A DNA stretch of 60,470 bases from an uncultured Demequinaceae bacterium (GTDB lineage: Bacteria; Actinomycetota; Actinomycetes; Actinomycetales; Demequinaceae): assembly GCA_964600005.1 (NCBI GenBank), contig CAZRHL010000001.1, positions 1-60,470 of the forward strand, given 5' to 3'. Below the pieces are notes generated by a model that saw only the letters and a program-made list of their open reading frames with translations, was not told the origin of the DNA and did no database searches. Positions 26,062-37,133 of this stretch are shown here, one piece after another. How positions within the stretch are numbered: position 1 is the first letter of the stretch; each line of letters begins with the position of its first letter. A program made the translations under genes and the position numbers.

Positions 26062-29000
26062 ATGAGCACGCCCAACCTGAGGGCCGTGCTGGTGACGGAC
26101 GGACGATCCGACCATCTCGGCGCCGTTCTTGCCTCCTTCGCGGCCGTTGACGACGTTCTTCCGGTCCTTGAGATCATCTCGGTGGGCGATGCCGAGATCG
26201 CAGTGCCTGTCAATCTCGCGGTCCGCATCACCCGCAGCATTCAGCCCACCTATGCGGCGGCGCTGAATGAGGCGATCGCGGCGCAGCCGGCCCGCGATGA
26301 CGAGCTCATCTGGCTCTTGCATGACGACACCGCACCGGACAAGGGCGCTCTCGCCAGACTCGTCGCCACCGCCGCCAAGCGTCCACGAGCCGCAGTTGTG
26401 GCCCCCGCGCATGTGCGCTGGCGTGACACGTCACGGCTCGTGTCGATGGGCACCACCGTGTCACGCGTGGGTGCGAGGCGAATTCCGCTCGTCGTCGAGG
26501 ACGACATCGACCAAGGGCAGCACGATTGGCGTGAAGACGTCATGGCGGTCTCTCTTGGCGGCGCACTCGTCCGACGCTCGGCCTGGGACAGTCTGGGCGG
26601 CCTCGACGAGGGCTATGGCGGCTTTGGAGAGTCTCTCGAGTTCTGTCGCAGGGCCTGGGCGGCCGGCTGGGATGTTGTGCTCGCGCCGCAGGTGCGGGTA
26701 CGCCACGCTCAAGAATCGCTGTACGGACTGAGGGCGCGGGGCAAGGGCCGCGTCAGCACACATGCGGTGCGGCGCACAAGCGAATGGCATCACGCCTTTG
26801 CGTGGGCGCCGTGGTGGATGGTGCCGATTCTCGCTGTCCTCATTCCTCTCAGCGTTGTCTCGCGCGTTGGCATTCGCCTCGCCCAGAACTCGCCGCGAAC
26901 GGCGCTCGCGGAGGTGCAGGTGCTGCCACTGCTCGCGGCACGCATCCCTGCGGTCTTCGCCTCGACTCGGGCTCACCGCCGCGTCGGTGCGACGGGGCCG
27001 ATCGAGGCGCGGCTCTTCGCGAGGCCAGCTCAGGTTGTCGACGCGGTGCGCCAGCGCGAACTCGGCACCTTTGAGCGTGCCCGGGCCGAACGCATCCCAA
27101 GTGAGATGGTGCGCGCCGAGCTCGAACGTGCGCGTGCACGGCACCGCTTGTCATTCCTCATCGCTGTCCTGACAGGCCTTGTCACGTCGGCAGTGCTTGC
27201 GTCACGGTGGATGAGCGATGTGCTGGCGGGACGCATGCTTGTCGCGCCCGGCACCGGTGTGACTGACATCTCGAGGAGCGATGTCTGGAACGCGGCATGG
27301 AGCGGGTGGAACGAGATCGGTTTTGGCGTTCCCGCGATCGACGGGGCGTATGCGGGACTCATGCTTCCGGCGGCAATCGCTCCCGGCGGCACTCGGCTCG
27401 GCATTGCTGTCCTTCTCGCGACGGCGCCGCTCATGGCGCTGCTCATCGGGTGGTGGGCGGCAGGTCACGCGACGCGCGCGCCATGGGTGCGGCTCGCGGC
27501 GGCCATCGTGTGGGGCTTGTGGCCACCGTTCCTTGCAGCGGTGCTCGATGCCCGCATCGGGCCGGTGATCGCGCACGTCATGCTCGGCTGCACAGCCGTT
27601 GCCGTCGCGCGTGCCGCAGGTTGGCGGCGAGGTGAGCTCATCGGCGGACGTGAGGAAAGACCAGCGCCGGGGCCTTCGCCATCTGCTGCGCTCGCGGGTT
27701 CGCTTGCGCTGACTGCGGCCACTGTGGCCCAGCCCGTCCTCTTGCTGCCGACGCTCGGCGTCGTCATCGCCCTGGCAACGCGGGCGGGCGCACAGCGGTG
27801 GCGCATCATGTCGATGGCGGCGGTGCCGCTTGTCGTCGGCCTGCCAGGCCTCGTTGCCGGTGTGCGTCATGCAGCCCATCCGGGCGTCGCCTTGTCGATT
27901 CTTGCGCGCGAGCCGGGGCCAGGCGAGAGCGTCACTGGTGATGTGTGGCGCACAGCCCTCGGCATCGCGGATCCCGAGCGATGGCCAAGCAGCCTCGAGA
28001 ATGCGTGGCCACTTGGTGCAGCCGCCGCCGCGATTGTGCTGGTGTGCGCGCTCCTCGCGCTTGCGTCGCGCCGCGCCAGTCAACCGGCCGCGTGGGGAGT
28101 GGCGCTGCTGGGAGTCGGACTCGTCGTCGCGGCCTGGTCTGCACACGCGACCGCCGCGTGGAGTGACGGCGCTGGGCACGATGCGATTTCCGGCTGGCCC
28201 GGCACGGGTGCGTCGCTCGTTGCGCTCGGCGCCCTGGTGGCGGGGCTGTCAGCGCATGGCAACGTGCTGAAAGGCGAGGGGCGACGCTTTGCCGCCGGAC
28301 GCACGTTCGCAGCAGGCGCGGCGACGCTCGCGGCGGGCTCGACCCTTGCCGTCGTCGTCCTCCTGGCGTTGCCCGACGCGCCTCGGGGTGGTGTCACGAC
28401 GGCCGACGCTGGTGTGCTTCCGCTCGCCGTTCCACTTGACCAGCAGGGCACCCAGCACCAGCGGGTGCTCGTCTTGACGGAGAACGCGGACGGCTCAATC
28501 GGCTATGACGTGCTCGCTCATGATGGCGCGACGCTCGTGCTTGGCCGGGCACAGCGCGGTCCCGACGGCACGCCGCTGTCGGGTGGAGGCAACAGCGCAG
28601 ACATCGCTGACATCTCTCAGACAGTTGCCGCCGCGGCTGTCTCGCCCGCCGCTGATCTGAACGCACTGAGGGATTGGGGCATCGGCACCATCGTTGTCGC
28701 GCCGGGAGCGGAAGGGGCCCAGAGTGCGCTGAGCCAGAACCCACAGGTGAGTCTGGCGAGCGGTTCAGAGCGGGGCCAGACGTACCGGCTTGCCGACGGA
28801 GCCGTCTCACGGGCATGGATCGAGGCGGCCGATGGCGAGCGCGTCATTGTTCCTGCGACTGCCACCGATGGCGAAACCCTGAGTCCTCCGCCAGGCGGCG
28901 GCACGCTCGTCATCGCAGTGCCATATTCAGCTGGTTGGTCGGCGCATGCTGACGGGGCCGCGCTCGAGCGCAGCGATGACACGTGGGGTCGCGCGGTGTT

Positions 29001-29145
29001 CGACGTCCCGGCTGGAGCAGGCAAGGTGACGTTCTCGTATCGCGATCCCATCCACCGCTGGTGGTGGTGGGCGAGTGCGATCGCGCTCACGTGGGCGCTC
29101 ATCGGCTCGATTCCACTCCGACGCTCGCGGGAGGTGACGCCATGA
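26062..29145 (+). CDS. Family-2 glycosyltransferase with large membrane domain
   Basis: WLLHDD, DQGQHD, WDSLGGLD, FCRRA GT2 motifs followed by many TM segments; conserved position after whiB. Confidence 0.85.
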   Translation: MSTPNLRAVLVTDGRSDHLGAVLASFAAVDDVLPVLEIISVGDAEIAVPVNLAVRITRSIQPTYAAALNEAIAAQPARDDELIWLLHDDTAPDKGALARLVATAAKRPRAAVVAPAHVRWRDTSRLVSMGTTVSRVGARRIPLVVEDDIDQGQHDWREDVMAVSLGGALVRRSAWDSLGGLDEGYGGFGESLEFCRRAWAAGWDVVLAPQVRVRHAQESLYGLRARGKGRVSTHAVRRTSEWHHAFAWAPWWMVPILAVLIPLSVVSRVGIRLAQNSPRTALAEVQVLPLLAARIPAVFASTRAHRRVGATGPIEARLFARPAQVVDAVRQRELGTFERARAERIPSEMVRAELERARARHRLSFLIAVLTGLVTSAVLASRWMSDVLAGRMLVAPGTGVTDISRSDVWNAAWSGWNEIGFGVPAIDGAYAGLMLPAAIAPGGTRLGIAVLLATAPLMALLIGWWAAGHATRAPWVRLAAAIVWGLWPPFLAAVLDARIGPVIAHVMLGCTAVAVARAAGWRRGELIGGREERPAPGPSPSAALAGSLALTAATVAQPVLLLPTLGVVIALATRAGAQRWRIMSMAAVPLVVGLPGLVAGVRHAAHPGVALSILAREPGPGESVTGDVWRTALGIADPERWPSSLENAWPLGAAAAAIVLVCALLALASRRASQPAAWGVALLGVGLVVAAWSAHATAAWSDGAGHDAISGWPGTGASLVALGALVAGLSAHGNVLKGEGRRFAAGRTFAAGAATLAAGSTLAVVVLLALPDAPRGGVTTADAGVLPLAVPLDQQGTQHQRVLVLTENADGSIGYDVLAHDGATLVLGRAQRGPDGTPLSGGGNSADIADISQTVAAAAVSPAADLNALRDWGIGTIVVAPGAEGAQSALSQNPQVSLASGSERGQTYRLADGAVSRAWIEAADGERVIVPATATDGETLSPPPGGGTLVIAVPYSAGWSAHADGAALERSDDTWGRAVFDVPAGAGKVTFSYRDPIHRWWWWASAIALTWALIGSIPLRRSREVTP

Positions 29146-30482
29146 GCCGTTCGCTGAGCCGTTCGCTGAGCCGTGCCGTGATGGGTCGCGTTGTGGCCGT
29201 CTCGCTCGTTGTCGCCGGCGGTGGCGCACTTGTCGTCACGGCCGTGCCGTCCGTGGACCGCACCGTTCCCCAGACCTTTGGCGTCGAGCCGCCTGCGCCC
29301 GTTGTCGCCTGTCCTGGGCCCCAGACTGTCCCCGTCGGAGACGTTGGATCGGGTGGTGACCTCGCGTCCGAACCGACGATTCGGACCATCAATGCGTATT
29401 CGCCTGGCACTCAACGTGTCGCCGGTGACGGCACTGCAATGGACGCGATCATCGGTGCACAGGTCGAGAGAGTGGTGGATGGCGACATCGCCGGCTGGAC
29501 GGCGCTGACATGCTCCGCCCCTGCTGCCGAGCAATGGCTGGTCGGTGGTTCGACGGCACTTGGTTCGAGCGCGCGCCTTGTGCTGACCAATCCATCGGCA
29601 GCGCCGTCCGAGGTGACGGTCACGTTGTACGGCCCGCTTGGCAAGATTGACGACACGTTTGTGGTGCCGGTGGCCGCCAGCTCTCAGGTCGACCGTCTCA
29701 TCGAGTCGGTCGCGGCGTCACAGTCATCTCTCGTTGTCCACGTGGCGGCGACGGGTCCCGGCGTCTCTGCGGCGCTTCAGGACTCACGCCTCGATGGCTT
29801 CCAGCCTGCCGGGACGTCGTGGGTGGGCCCGAGCGCCGCAGGGGAGAAGCTCTTCATCCCGGGCGTCGGCCTCGACGGTCACGATGCGACGGTGACGCTG
29901 CGCCTGATGGCGCCTGACGGTGCTCACGTCGATGCGAAACTCGTCTCACAACGGGGTGTGGAGCCATGGTCGACAGGCAATGGCATCACGTTGGAGCCCG
30001 GTGTGGTCACGGATCTCGCCGTGCCAGTCTCGGCACTCGGGGCCATTGAGATCACCTCCGATGCTCCGGTCTTCGCTGCGGCGCGCACGGTCATGACGCG
30101 CGTGGCGGATGAGGGTCTTGAGGGTGATGTCGCAGCGGATGCGACATGGGTCCCTGCCGTGGCGATCAGCCCCGATATGCAGGTGGCGGTCGTGCCGTCA
30201 AGCGATGCGCGGATCGCCGCGTACTCGCCGTACTCGACAACCGTGATCGTCGCCGACATCGACGGCAGCACCATCACCACCGACTCGGTGGGGGCGAGGA
30301 CGGTCCAGTGGATCGATCTCGACGTCCCGGCCGGCACCGTGGTGACGATCGAGGGTGACGTGGCATGGAGCGTCGTGATGAAGGGGGAGACGGGCTTTGT
30401 CGCCTCGCTCATGCCGATGCGACCCTCAGACTCCGCGCTTGAGGCGACGGTCGTGCCGCAACCGTACCCGCCGCTGCCTTGA
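29142..30482 (+). CDS. DUF5719-family secreted/anchored protein
   Basis: N-terminal TM; C...WLVGGST..GSSARLVLTNP; ATGA-coupled to the GT2 gene. Confidence 0.75.
   Translation: MSRSLSRSLSRAVMGRVVAVSLVVAGGGALVVTAVPSVDRTVPQTFGVEPPAPVVACPGPQTVPVGDVGSGGDLASEPTIRTINAYSPGTQRVAGDGTAMDAIIGAQVERVVDGDIAGWTALTCSAPAAEQWLVGGSTALGSSARLVLTNPSAAPSEVTVTLYGPLGKIDDTFVVPVAASSQVDRLIESVAASQSSLVVHVAATGPGVSAALQDSRLDGFQPAGTSWVGPSAAGEKLFIPGVGLDGHDATVTLRLMAPDGAHVDAKLVSQRGVEPWSTGNGITLEPGVVTDLAVPVSALGAIEITSDAPVFAAARTVMTRVADEGLEGDVAADATWVPAVAISPDMQVAVVPSSDARIAAYSPYSTTVIVADIDGSTITTDSVGARTVQWIDLDVPAGTVVTIEGDVAWSVVMKGETGFVASLMPMRPSDSALEATVVPQPYPPLP
29143..29174. repeat. 12-bp tandem repeat x2.7
   Basis: tgagccgttcgc x2 + tgagccgt; encodes MSRSLSRSLSR. 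Confidence 0.8.
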
Positions 30483-30501
30483 GTCCCGAGCCGCGCGCTT
30501 C

Positions 30502-30903
30502 TTAACCGTCAGTTCCGTAGGTCGGGTCGACCTCATCAGCACGCAACCCCAACAGGTGCCCGACCTGTTCGGCGAGGATGTCGCGCACAAGCAGCGGAAG
30601 GTCGTCCTCTGAGGCACGCTGTTCGATTGGCCGCCGGTACAGCACGATGCGTGTCGCAGCTCCGTACTCACCGGGAAGAACTCGCCCGAGCGGGACTCCG
30701 CGTTCCCATGGAGACGGGTCTGATGCAGGGACGTCCTCAACACCGAACTCGAGCTTGCCCCACCGAGACGCCCAGCGAGAGCCGAGCCGCTCTGACAGGT
30801 CGGCCACGAGCTCGTCGAAACGTTCGGCGCGCGTGCGGTGGCCAGGCAGCGCGGGGGGCAGGAGGGGCCTTCTCATGCCGCGGCCATGGGCGTCTCTCCT
30901 CAT
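30502..30903 (-). CDS. Zincin-like metallopeptidase family protein (Rv3259-like)
   Basis: RRDAHGRGMR, FGVEDVP, IVLYRRPIE, EQVGHLLG...VDP.Y; TAGGGT-N6-ATG. Confidence 0.8.
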   Translation of the reverse strand: MRRDAHGRGMRRPLLPPALPGHRTRAERFDELVADLSERLGSRWASRWGKLEFGVEDVPASDPSPWERGVPLGRVLPGEYGAATRIVLYRRPIEQRASEDDLPLLVRDILAEQVGHLLGLRADEVDPTYGTDG

Positions 30904-30974
30904 AAGGCGACCCTAGCGTCGGCCGCTCGGCGTGGTGGCTCAGCAAGCGCAAAATCGCCAGGTACGGTCGTGGT

Positions 30975-31349
30975 GTGATCGTGTCCAGGCAATGCACCAA
31001 GACGGCGTGTTCGCGCCCCGCGGCGGCCACGCTCACCTACGTGTACGCGGATTCGACTGTGGTGGTCGGTCAGCTGTCAACGCACGCGGAACCGCACTGC
31101 TACGACTTGTGTGCGACGCACGCGCAGGCTTTCACCGCACCGCGTGGCTGGGATGTTGTCCACATTCAGCAGGACTATGAGGAGGCCGGGCCGTCCGATG
31201 ACGACCTCGACGCTCTCGCCCGAGCTGTGCGGGAGGCCGGCCGACCAAGCCAGGCTGAGGCCATTGCCCACCCGGCTTTCGCACCGGAGCCGCCCTTGGC
31301 GTCCGAGCCGCGCCGGGGGCACCTGCGGGTCGTGGCATCGGATTCCTAA
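30975..31349 (+). CDS. DUF3499 family protein
   Basis: RQCTKTACSRPAAATLTYVYADST...HCYDLC..HA....PRGW; ends RRGHLRVV. Confidence 0.88.
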   Translation: MIVSRQCTKTACSRPAAATLTYVYADSTVVVGQLSTHAEPHCYDLCATHAQAFTAPRGWDVVHIQQDYEEAGPSDDDLDALARAVREAGRPSQAEAIAHPAFAPEPPLASEPRRGHLRVVASDS

Positions 31350-31388
31350 GTGACCACGGGCGCGTGCCCGCATGGTTAGGCTTGCGCC

Positions 31389-32810
31389 GTGACGTACCCC
31401 GACCTCAGCTCCATCATCAAGTCCTACGACATTCGCGGCCTCGTCGACTCCGAGGTGACCCCCGAACTCGCTCGCGCGATCGGGGCTGCCTTCGCTGACG
31501 CGGTCGTGCTGCCGGAGGGCGCGACAACGGTGGTGGTGGGGCATGACATGCGCGACAGCTCGCCCGGCCTCGCCACTGCCGCAGCCGAAGGGCTCATGGC
31601 GCGCGGGATCGACGTCATCTCGATCGGGCTGTGCTCAACGGATGGGCTCTATCACGCATCGGGAGTTCTCGAGTGTCCCGGCATCATGGTGACGGCGAGC
31701 CACAACCCTGCTGAGTACAACGGGATGAAGCTGTGCCGCGCCCTCGCCCGCGCCGTGGGGGAGGACTCCGGTTTGGGTGCGGTGCGCGAACGCGCCGCAC
31801 GGTACGTCGTTGACGGCTTCGAGCCGGCCGACGCCGTCGGCACCTTCACCGAGCGGGCCATGTTGGGGGACTACGCGGCCTTCGTGCGCTCGCTTGTGCC
31901 TCTTGACGGAATCCGGCCGCTCACAGTGGTGGTGGACGCCGGCAACGCCATGGCAGGCCACACGGTCCCCGCAGTGCTCGGCACTGAGGCAGGACTGCCT
32001 GCCTTGCCCATCACGATCATTCCGCTGTACTTCGAACTCGACGGCACGTTCCCCAACCATGAGGCGAACCCGCTCGAAGAAGAGAACCTCCGTGACCTGC
32101 AAGCGGCGGTCCGTGCCCATGGCGCAGACCTCGGATTGGCCTTTGACGGCGACGCTGACCGTTGCTTTGTCGTCGATGATCGCGGCGAGGTGGTGCGCGC
32201 GAGCGCCATCACCTGCCTTGTCGGCCTGCGTGAGGCTGCGCGTGAGCTCGCCGCTGGCAAGCAGCCGACGGTGCTGTACAACCTCATCTCGTCTCGTGCG
32301 GTGCCCGAGCAGCTGAGCGCGGCTGGCGCGAGCGTCGTCCGCTCAAAGGTGGGTCACTCGAACATCAAGGTGCACATGGCGTCGCTTGACGCAGTCTTTG
32401 GCGGGGAGCACTCGGCCCATTTCTACTTCCGCGACTTCTTCTTCGCCGATTCTGGAATGGTGGCCGCGATGCACGTGCTGGCGGCTCTGGGCGAGCACGA
32501 CTCAACCCTGTCCGATCTGCTTGGCACGTACGATCCGTACCCGGCGTCGGGCGAGATCAACTCAACCGTGGCGTCGGTGCCGGACTCTCTTGCCCGGGTC
32601 CGTGCCGCCTTCGAGCACGACGAGGTCGAGGTGGACGAGCTCGACGGCCTCACCTTCACGCACTGGCCTGCCGACGGCGAGCGCTGGTGGTTCAATGTGC
32701 GGGGTTCCAACACGGAGCCGCTGCTGCGCCTCAATGTCGAGGCAGCTGACCGTGCCGTCATGGAACGAGTGCGCGATGAGGCGCTCGCTGTGATTCGGGA
32801 GGGCGCATGA
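31389..32810 (+). CDS. manB: Phosphomannomutase/phosphoglucomutase
   Basis: YDIRG, TASHNP, FDGDADR, GGEHSAH, RGSNTEP. Confidence 0.95.
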   Translation: MTYPDLSSIIKSYDIRGLVDSEVTPELARAIGAAFADAVVLPEGATTVVVGHDMRDSSPGLATAAAEGLMARGIDVISIGLCSTDGLYHASGVLECPGIMVTASHNPAEYNGMKLCRALARAVGEDSGLGAVRERAARYVVDGFEPADAVGTFTERAMLGDYAAFVRSLVPLDGIRPLTVVVDAGNAMAGHTVPAVLGTEAGLPALPITIIPLYFELDGTFPNHEANPLEEENLRDLQAAVRAHGADLGLAFDGDADRCFVVDDRGEVVRASAITCLVGLREAARELAAGKQPTVLYNLISSRAVPEQLSAAGASVVRSKVGHSNIKVHMASLDAVFGGEHSAHFYFRDFFFADSGMVAAMHVLAALGEHDSTLSDLLGTYDPYPASGEINSTVASVPDSLARVRAAFEHDEVEVDELDGLTFTHWPADGERWWFNVRGSNTEPLLRLNVEAADRAVMERVRDEALAVIREGA

Positions 32811-33775
32811 GTGCGAAGGATGCGGGCCACGACGAGCCTCATCACGAAGCTGGCCACGGCACCAAAGCAGTCATTGCCGCACTGCTGGCGAACACCGGAA
32901 TTGCGATCACGAAGTTCTTCGCATTCGTCCTCACGGGGGCATCGTCGATGCTGGCCGAGGCGATTCACTCCGTCGCGGACGCAGGCAACCAGGTCTTGCT
33001 GCTCGTCGGCGTGAAGCAGGCGCGTCGAGATGCCACTCCCGAACACCCCTTCGGCTACGCGCGTGATCGCTACTACTACGCCTTCATGGTCGCGATCGTC
33101 CTGTTCTCGGTCGGTGGGCTCTTTGCGCTGTACGAGGCGTGGCACAAGTTCTCTGACCCCCACCCGATCGACTCGTGGCACTGGGTGCCTGTCGTCGTGC
33201 TCGTCGCGGCAATCGTCATGGAGAGCATCTCTTTCCGTACCGCGATCATCGAGGCGAACAAGGTCCGTGAGGGGTATAGCTGGCGGCGCTTCATCAAGCG
33301 CTCAAAGGCGCCTGAACTGCCCGTCATCCTGCTCGAGGACGCGGGCGCGCTCGTCGGCCTCCTCTTCGCGCTGTTCGGCGTCAGCATGACGCTCGTCACC
33401 GGAGACGGTCGCTGGGACGCAATCGGGGCGGCGATGATCGGCGCCCTCCTGTGCTCGATCGCGTTCGTGCTCGGCAAAGAGACAAAGTCGATGCTGGTGG
33501 GTGAAGCCGCGAATCCCGAGGATATCGAGGCGGTCTACGCCGCACTGTCCTCGGTGGGACTCGACGACATCATCCACCTTCGCACCCTTCACCTTGGCCC
33601 AGACGACATCCTCATCACCGCGAAGATCGCGGCTCCTGGCGTGAAGACTCTCGCCGAGCTCGCGACGATGATCGACGACGCTGAGGCCGCCATTCGCGCC
33701 GCTGTTCCCGAGGCACGGCTGATCTACCTGGAGCCCGATGTGCGTCGCTCCACCCCTGAACGGAGCTCATCATGA
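32807..33775 (+). CDS. Cation diffusion facilitator transporter
   Basis: [26 protein letters not shown]. Confidence 0.9.
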   Translation: MSAKDAGHDEPHHEAGHGTKAVIAALLANTGIAITKFFAFVLTGASSMLAEAIHSVADAGNQVLLLVGVKQARRDATPEHPFGYARDRYYYAFMVAIVLFSVGGLFALYEAWHKFSDPHPIDSWHWVPVVVLVAAIVMESISFRTAIIEANKVREGYSWRRFIKRSKAPELPVILLEDAGALVGLLFALFGVSMTLVTGDGRWDAIGAAMIGALLCSIAFVLGKETKSMLVGEAANPEDIEAVYAALSSVGLDDIIHLRTLHLGPDDILITAKIAAPGVKTLAELATMIDDAEAAIRAAVPEARLIYLEPDVRRSTPERSSS

Positions 33776-35229
33776 CCACCAATGCCCACGGCATTGACTA
33801 CGTTGTCGCGGATCTCGCCCTCGCTGCCGCCGGTCGCATCCAGATCCGCCTTGCAGAGGTCGAGATGCCTGGTCTCATGGCGCTGCGCGCGCAGTATGGC
33901 GATTCGCAGCCTTTGCGCGGCGCTCGCATCGCGGGCTCGCTTCACATGACGGTCCAGACGGCGGTCCTCATCGAGACGCTGACGGCGCTTGGCGCCGAGG
34001 TGCGCTGGGCCTCGTGCAACATCTTCTCCACGCAGGATGAGGCCGCTGCCGCCGTGGTCGTCGGCCCCGGCACGTACTCGGCGCCCAATGGGGTGCCGGT
34101 GTTCGCCGTCAAGGGCGAGACTCTTGCCGAGTACTGGGACTACACGGATCGCATCCTCACGTGGGAGGGCCACGATGGCCCCACGATGATCCTCGACGAC
34201 GGTGGGGACGCGACGCTCCTCGTCCATGAGGGCGTGAAGGCCGAGAAGGCGGGTGCAGTGCCGCCGCCGCTCGAGGAGGAGGACCCCGAGCACAACCCCG
34301 AGATCGAGGCGATGCGCGCCGTGCTGCGCCGCTCCCTCGCGGCGGACCCGACGCGTTTCACGCGGATGGCTGCCGGCATCGTGGGCGTGAGCGAGGAGAC
34401 GACGACGGGTGTCCACCGTCTCGATCAGGCACACGCCCGTGGAGAGCTCTTGTTCCCCGCGATCAATGTCAACGACTCGGTGACGAAGTCGAAGTTCGAC
34501 AACCGCTACGGCATCCGCCACTCGTTGCCGGACGGACTCAACCGCGCGACTGATGTCCTCATCGGCGGCAAGGTCGCATTCGTGTGCGGCTACGGCGATG
34601 TGGGCAAGGGCGCGGCGGAAGCGCTGCGTGGTCAGGGTGCCCGTGTCGTCGTGTCCGAGGTGGACCCGATCTGCGCGCTCCAGGCAGCGATGGACGGCTA
34701 CGAGGTCGCACGCGTCGAGGACTACGTGGATCGTGCCGACTTCTTCGTCACGACCACTGGCAACAAGGACATCATCCGCATCGATCACATGGCGGCGATG
34801 AAGGACAAGGCGATCGTCGCCAACGTGGGCCACTTTGACAATGAGATCGATATGGCGGGCCTCGCCCGCTCAGGGGCGAAGCGTGAGCCTGTGAAGCCGC
34901 AGGTTGACGAGTGGACCTTCCCTGACGGTCACTCGGTCATCGTGCTGAGCGAGGGCCGTCTCATGAACCTTGGCAATGCCACGGGTCACCCGTCGTTTGT
35001 CATGAGCACGTCCTTCACCAACCAGGTGCTCGCGCAGATCGAGTTGTGGGTGCGCACCGCTGACTACCCGGTTGGCGTGTACCGCCTGCCGAAGGTGCTC
35101 GACGAGAAGGTGGCACGCCTTCACCTCGACGCCCTTGGCGTGCGCCTCACCGAACTGACGCCTCAGCAAGCCGATTACGTGGGCATCGCTGTCGAAGGCC
35201 CGTACAAGCCCGACCACTACCGCTACTGA
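33772..35229 (+). CDS. ahcY: S-adenosylhomocysteine hydrolase
   Basis: [51 protein letters not shown]. Confidence 0.98.
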   Translation: MTTNAHGIDYVVADLALAAAGRIQIRLAEVEMPGLMALRAQYGDSQPLRGARIAGSLHMTVQTAVLIETLTALGAEVRWASCNIFSTQDEAAAAVVVGPGTYSAPNGVPVFAVKGETLAEYWDYTDRILTWEGHDGPTMILDDGGDATLLVHEGVKAEKAGAVPPPLEEEDPEHNPEIEAMRAVLRRSLAADPTRFTRMAAGIVGVSEETTTGVHRLDQAHARGELLFPAINVNDSVTKSKFDNRYGIRHSLPDGLNRATDVLIGGKVAFVCGYGDVGKGAAEALRGQGARVVVSEVDPICALQAAMDGYEVARVEDYVDRADFFVTTTGNKDIIRIDHMAAMKDKAIVANVGHFDNEIDMAGLARSGAKREPVKPQVDEWTFPDGHSVIVLSEGRLMNLGNATGHPSFVMSTSFTNQVLAQIELWVRTADYPVGVYRLPKVLDEKVARLHLDALGVRLTELTPQQADYVGIAVEGPYKPDHYRY

Positions 35230-35250
35230 TCAGCGCCTAACTGTCGGCGC

Positions 35251-36075
35251 CTAGTTGTCGGCGTCCGGGATGCCATAAGGCAGACGGGCGAGCCGTTGCG
35301 CGTCGGCGGCATTGATTCGGTCGGCACGCCAGCCCGCTGCGTACTCGCGCTCGCGACGCGTGGCGAGCACCGCCGCAATGAACGATTCGGGGTGTGTGCC
35401 CTCCGGCGGCGGCGGCGCGACGAGCGGCGTCATCTGCGCGGCGATGTCGGTGCCGAAGCGGCGGCGAGCGTCGGGCGTCATCTCGTGCGCCCGGGCAAGG
35501 AACAGGCGCGCCGTGAGCGCGAGGCCATCGGGGAGGCGCCGCACGTCAGCATTGGACGCCCAGTCCGCGAGACCGAAAGGCATGACCACCGGAGGCAGTG
35601 CCTTGCGGCCGCCGCGTGTGCGCATCGCGTAGGTGCCGACGAGCATGTCTCCCAGGCGCTTGCCCCGCTCGCTGAGGAAGGACGTGGTGAGCGCAACCAT
35701 CCCCGCGGTGGCGTAGATCTCGAAGAAGCCGAGCAGCGCTCGGCCAAAGGCATAGCGGGCCGAGACGGGGCCACCGTCATCGCGGACGATGCGGAGCCCG
35801 ACGGCGAGGCGACCCACGGACAGCCCGCGCGTCAACAGCTCGATGAGAGCGGGCACCACGATGAACCACACGACGACGAGCAGGATGTTGAGAGCCGCGT
35901 ACAGACCACCGTTGACCACACGGAGGAGCGGGTCGAAGAGCCAGACGACAAAGATGAAGCTGATGCCGATGACAAGCGCGTCGATGAGCCCAGACCCGGC
36001 GCGCATCACGACCGACCCGGCACCCGCATCGATAGCGACGCCTTCACCGAGAACAATCTCCTCATTGGCGCTCAT
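35251..36075 (-). CDS. RDD-family membrane protein
   Basis: R....ID, GLRIVRDDGG, KRLGDMLVGT; ATG 36075 after AAGGAGG. Confidence 0.88.
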   Translation of the reverse strand: MSANEEIVLGEGVAIDAGAGSVVMRAGSGLIDALVIGISFIFVVWLFDPLLRVVNGGLYAALNILLVVVWFIVVPALIELLTRGLSVGRLAVGLRIVRDDGGPVSARYAFGRALLGFFEIYATAGMVALTTSFLSERGKRLGDMLVGTYAMRTRGGRKALPPVVMPFGLADWASNADVRRLPDGLALTARLFLARAHEMTPDARRRFGTDIAAQMTPLVAPPPPEGTHPESFIAAVLATRREREYAAGWRADRINAADAQRLARLPYGIPDADN

Positions 36076-36104
36076 CAGCCCTCCTTGTGTGGCATGGTAG
36101 CGGC

Positions 36105-37100
36105 GTGGATATCGACGCGTACTCCGCCTTGCGGGAGGAGCGCTGGACTCGCCTGCGCGAGTTGAGTCGCAAACGCCGCCGCACAGGCGCGGAGGCGGAC
36201 GAACTGACGCGTCTGTATCGGTCCACTGCCGCGGATCTGTCAGCGGTCCGTTCGGCCGCCCCGGAGCCCGCACTGATCACGCGTCTGTCGATGCTGCTCA
36301 GCTCGTCGCGCATCTGGCTGACGGGCTCCTCGCAGGTGCGCACCGCTGACATCCTCGGGCTCTTCACTCGGTCCCTGCCTGCCGCGATGCACCGCGTGCG
36401 CTGGTGGGGCCTCATCACCTCTCTCGCGGTGGTGGTGCTGGCCTGGATCGCAGGCTATTACACGCTTCACAATCCCGACGCGCTGGCGCTCATCGGCGAC
36501 GCCGACACCCGGCGCCAGATCGCCGAGGTGGAGTTCGCGAGCTACTACGAGCAGTACGACAACACGAGCTTTGCCGCCCAGGTGTGGACGAACAATGCGT
36601 GGCTCGCGACCTTGTGCATTGTGCTCGGCATCACGGGCATCTTTCCGCTGATCCTCCTGTACAACACGGTGCTCCAGCTGGGAGTCAACGGCGCGATCAT
36701 GGCGGAGCACGATGCTCTCGACATCTTCTTCCAGCTCATTGCGCCGCACGGGCTGCTCGAGTTGAGTGCCGTCTTTGTCGCGGCCGGAGCGGGCCTGCGC
36801 ATGTGCTGGACGCTGCTGGTGCCGGGCCCTCGCCCGCGCATGGTCGCGCTGACGGAGACGTTCCGCACGCTCTTGCTCGTCGCTTTGGGGCTGACGATTG
36901 CGCTGTTCATCTCGGGACTCATCGAGGGCTACGTGACGCCATCCGATATGCCGTGGTGGCTCAAGGTCGCGCTCGGCATCGTCGCGTGCGGCACATTCTG
37001 GGCGTACATCTTCATCGGCGGACGGGTGGCGCGAGATCAAGGCGAGACGGGCGACGTCGACGGCGAGTTCCGCTCTGAAGTGGCGCCGTACGCGGCGTAG
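36105..37100 (+). CDS. SpoIIM (DUF95) family membrane protein
   Basis: DIDAY...W.RL..L, WTNNA, PHGLLEL, SGLIEG. Confidence 0.88.
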   Translation: MDIDAYSALREERWTRLRELSRKRRRTGAEADELTRLYRSTAADLSAVRSAAPEPALITRLSMLLSSSRIWLTGSSQVRTADILGLFTRSLPAAMHRVRWWGLITSLAVVVLAWIAGYYTLHNPDALALIGDADTRRQIAEVEFASYYEQYDNTSFAAQVWTNNAWLATLCIVLGITGIFPLILLYNTVLQLGVNGAIMAEHDALDIFFQLIAPHGLLELSAVFVAAGAGLRMCWTLLVPGPRPRMVALTETFRTLLLVALGLTIALFISGLIEGYVTPSDMPWWLKVALGIVACGTFWAYIFIGGRVARDQGETGDVDGEFRSEVAPYAA

Positions 37101-37133
37101 CGGGGCCTGTGGGGCGTGCCGCGGAGGTGCGCT

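Noticed and set aside
33700-33775. SAH/SAM riboswitch before ahcY
   Set aside because: ahcY is ATGA-coupled to the CDF gene; there is no intergenic leader.
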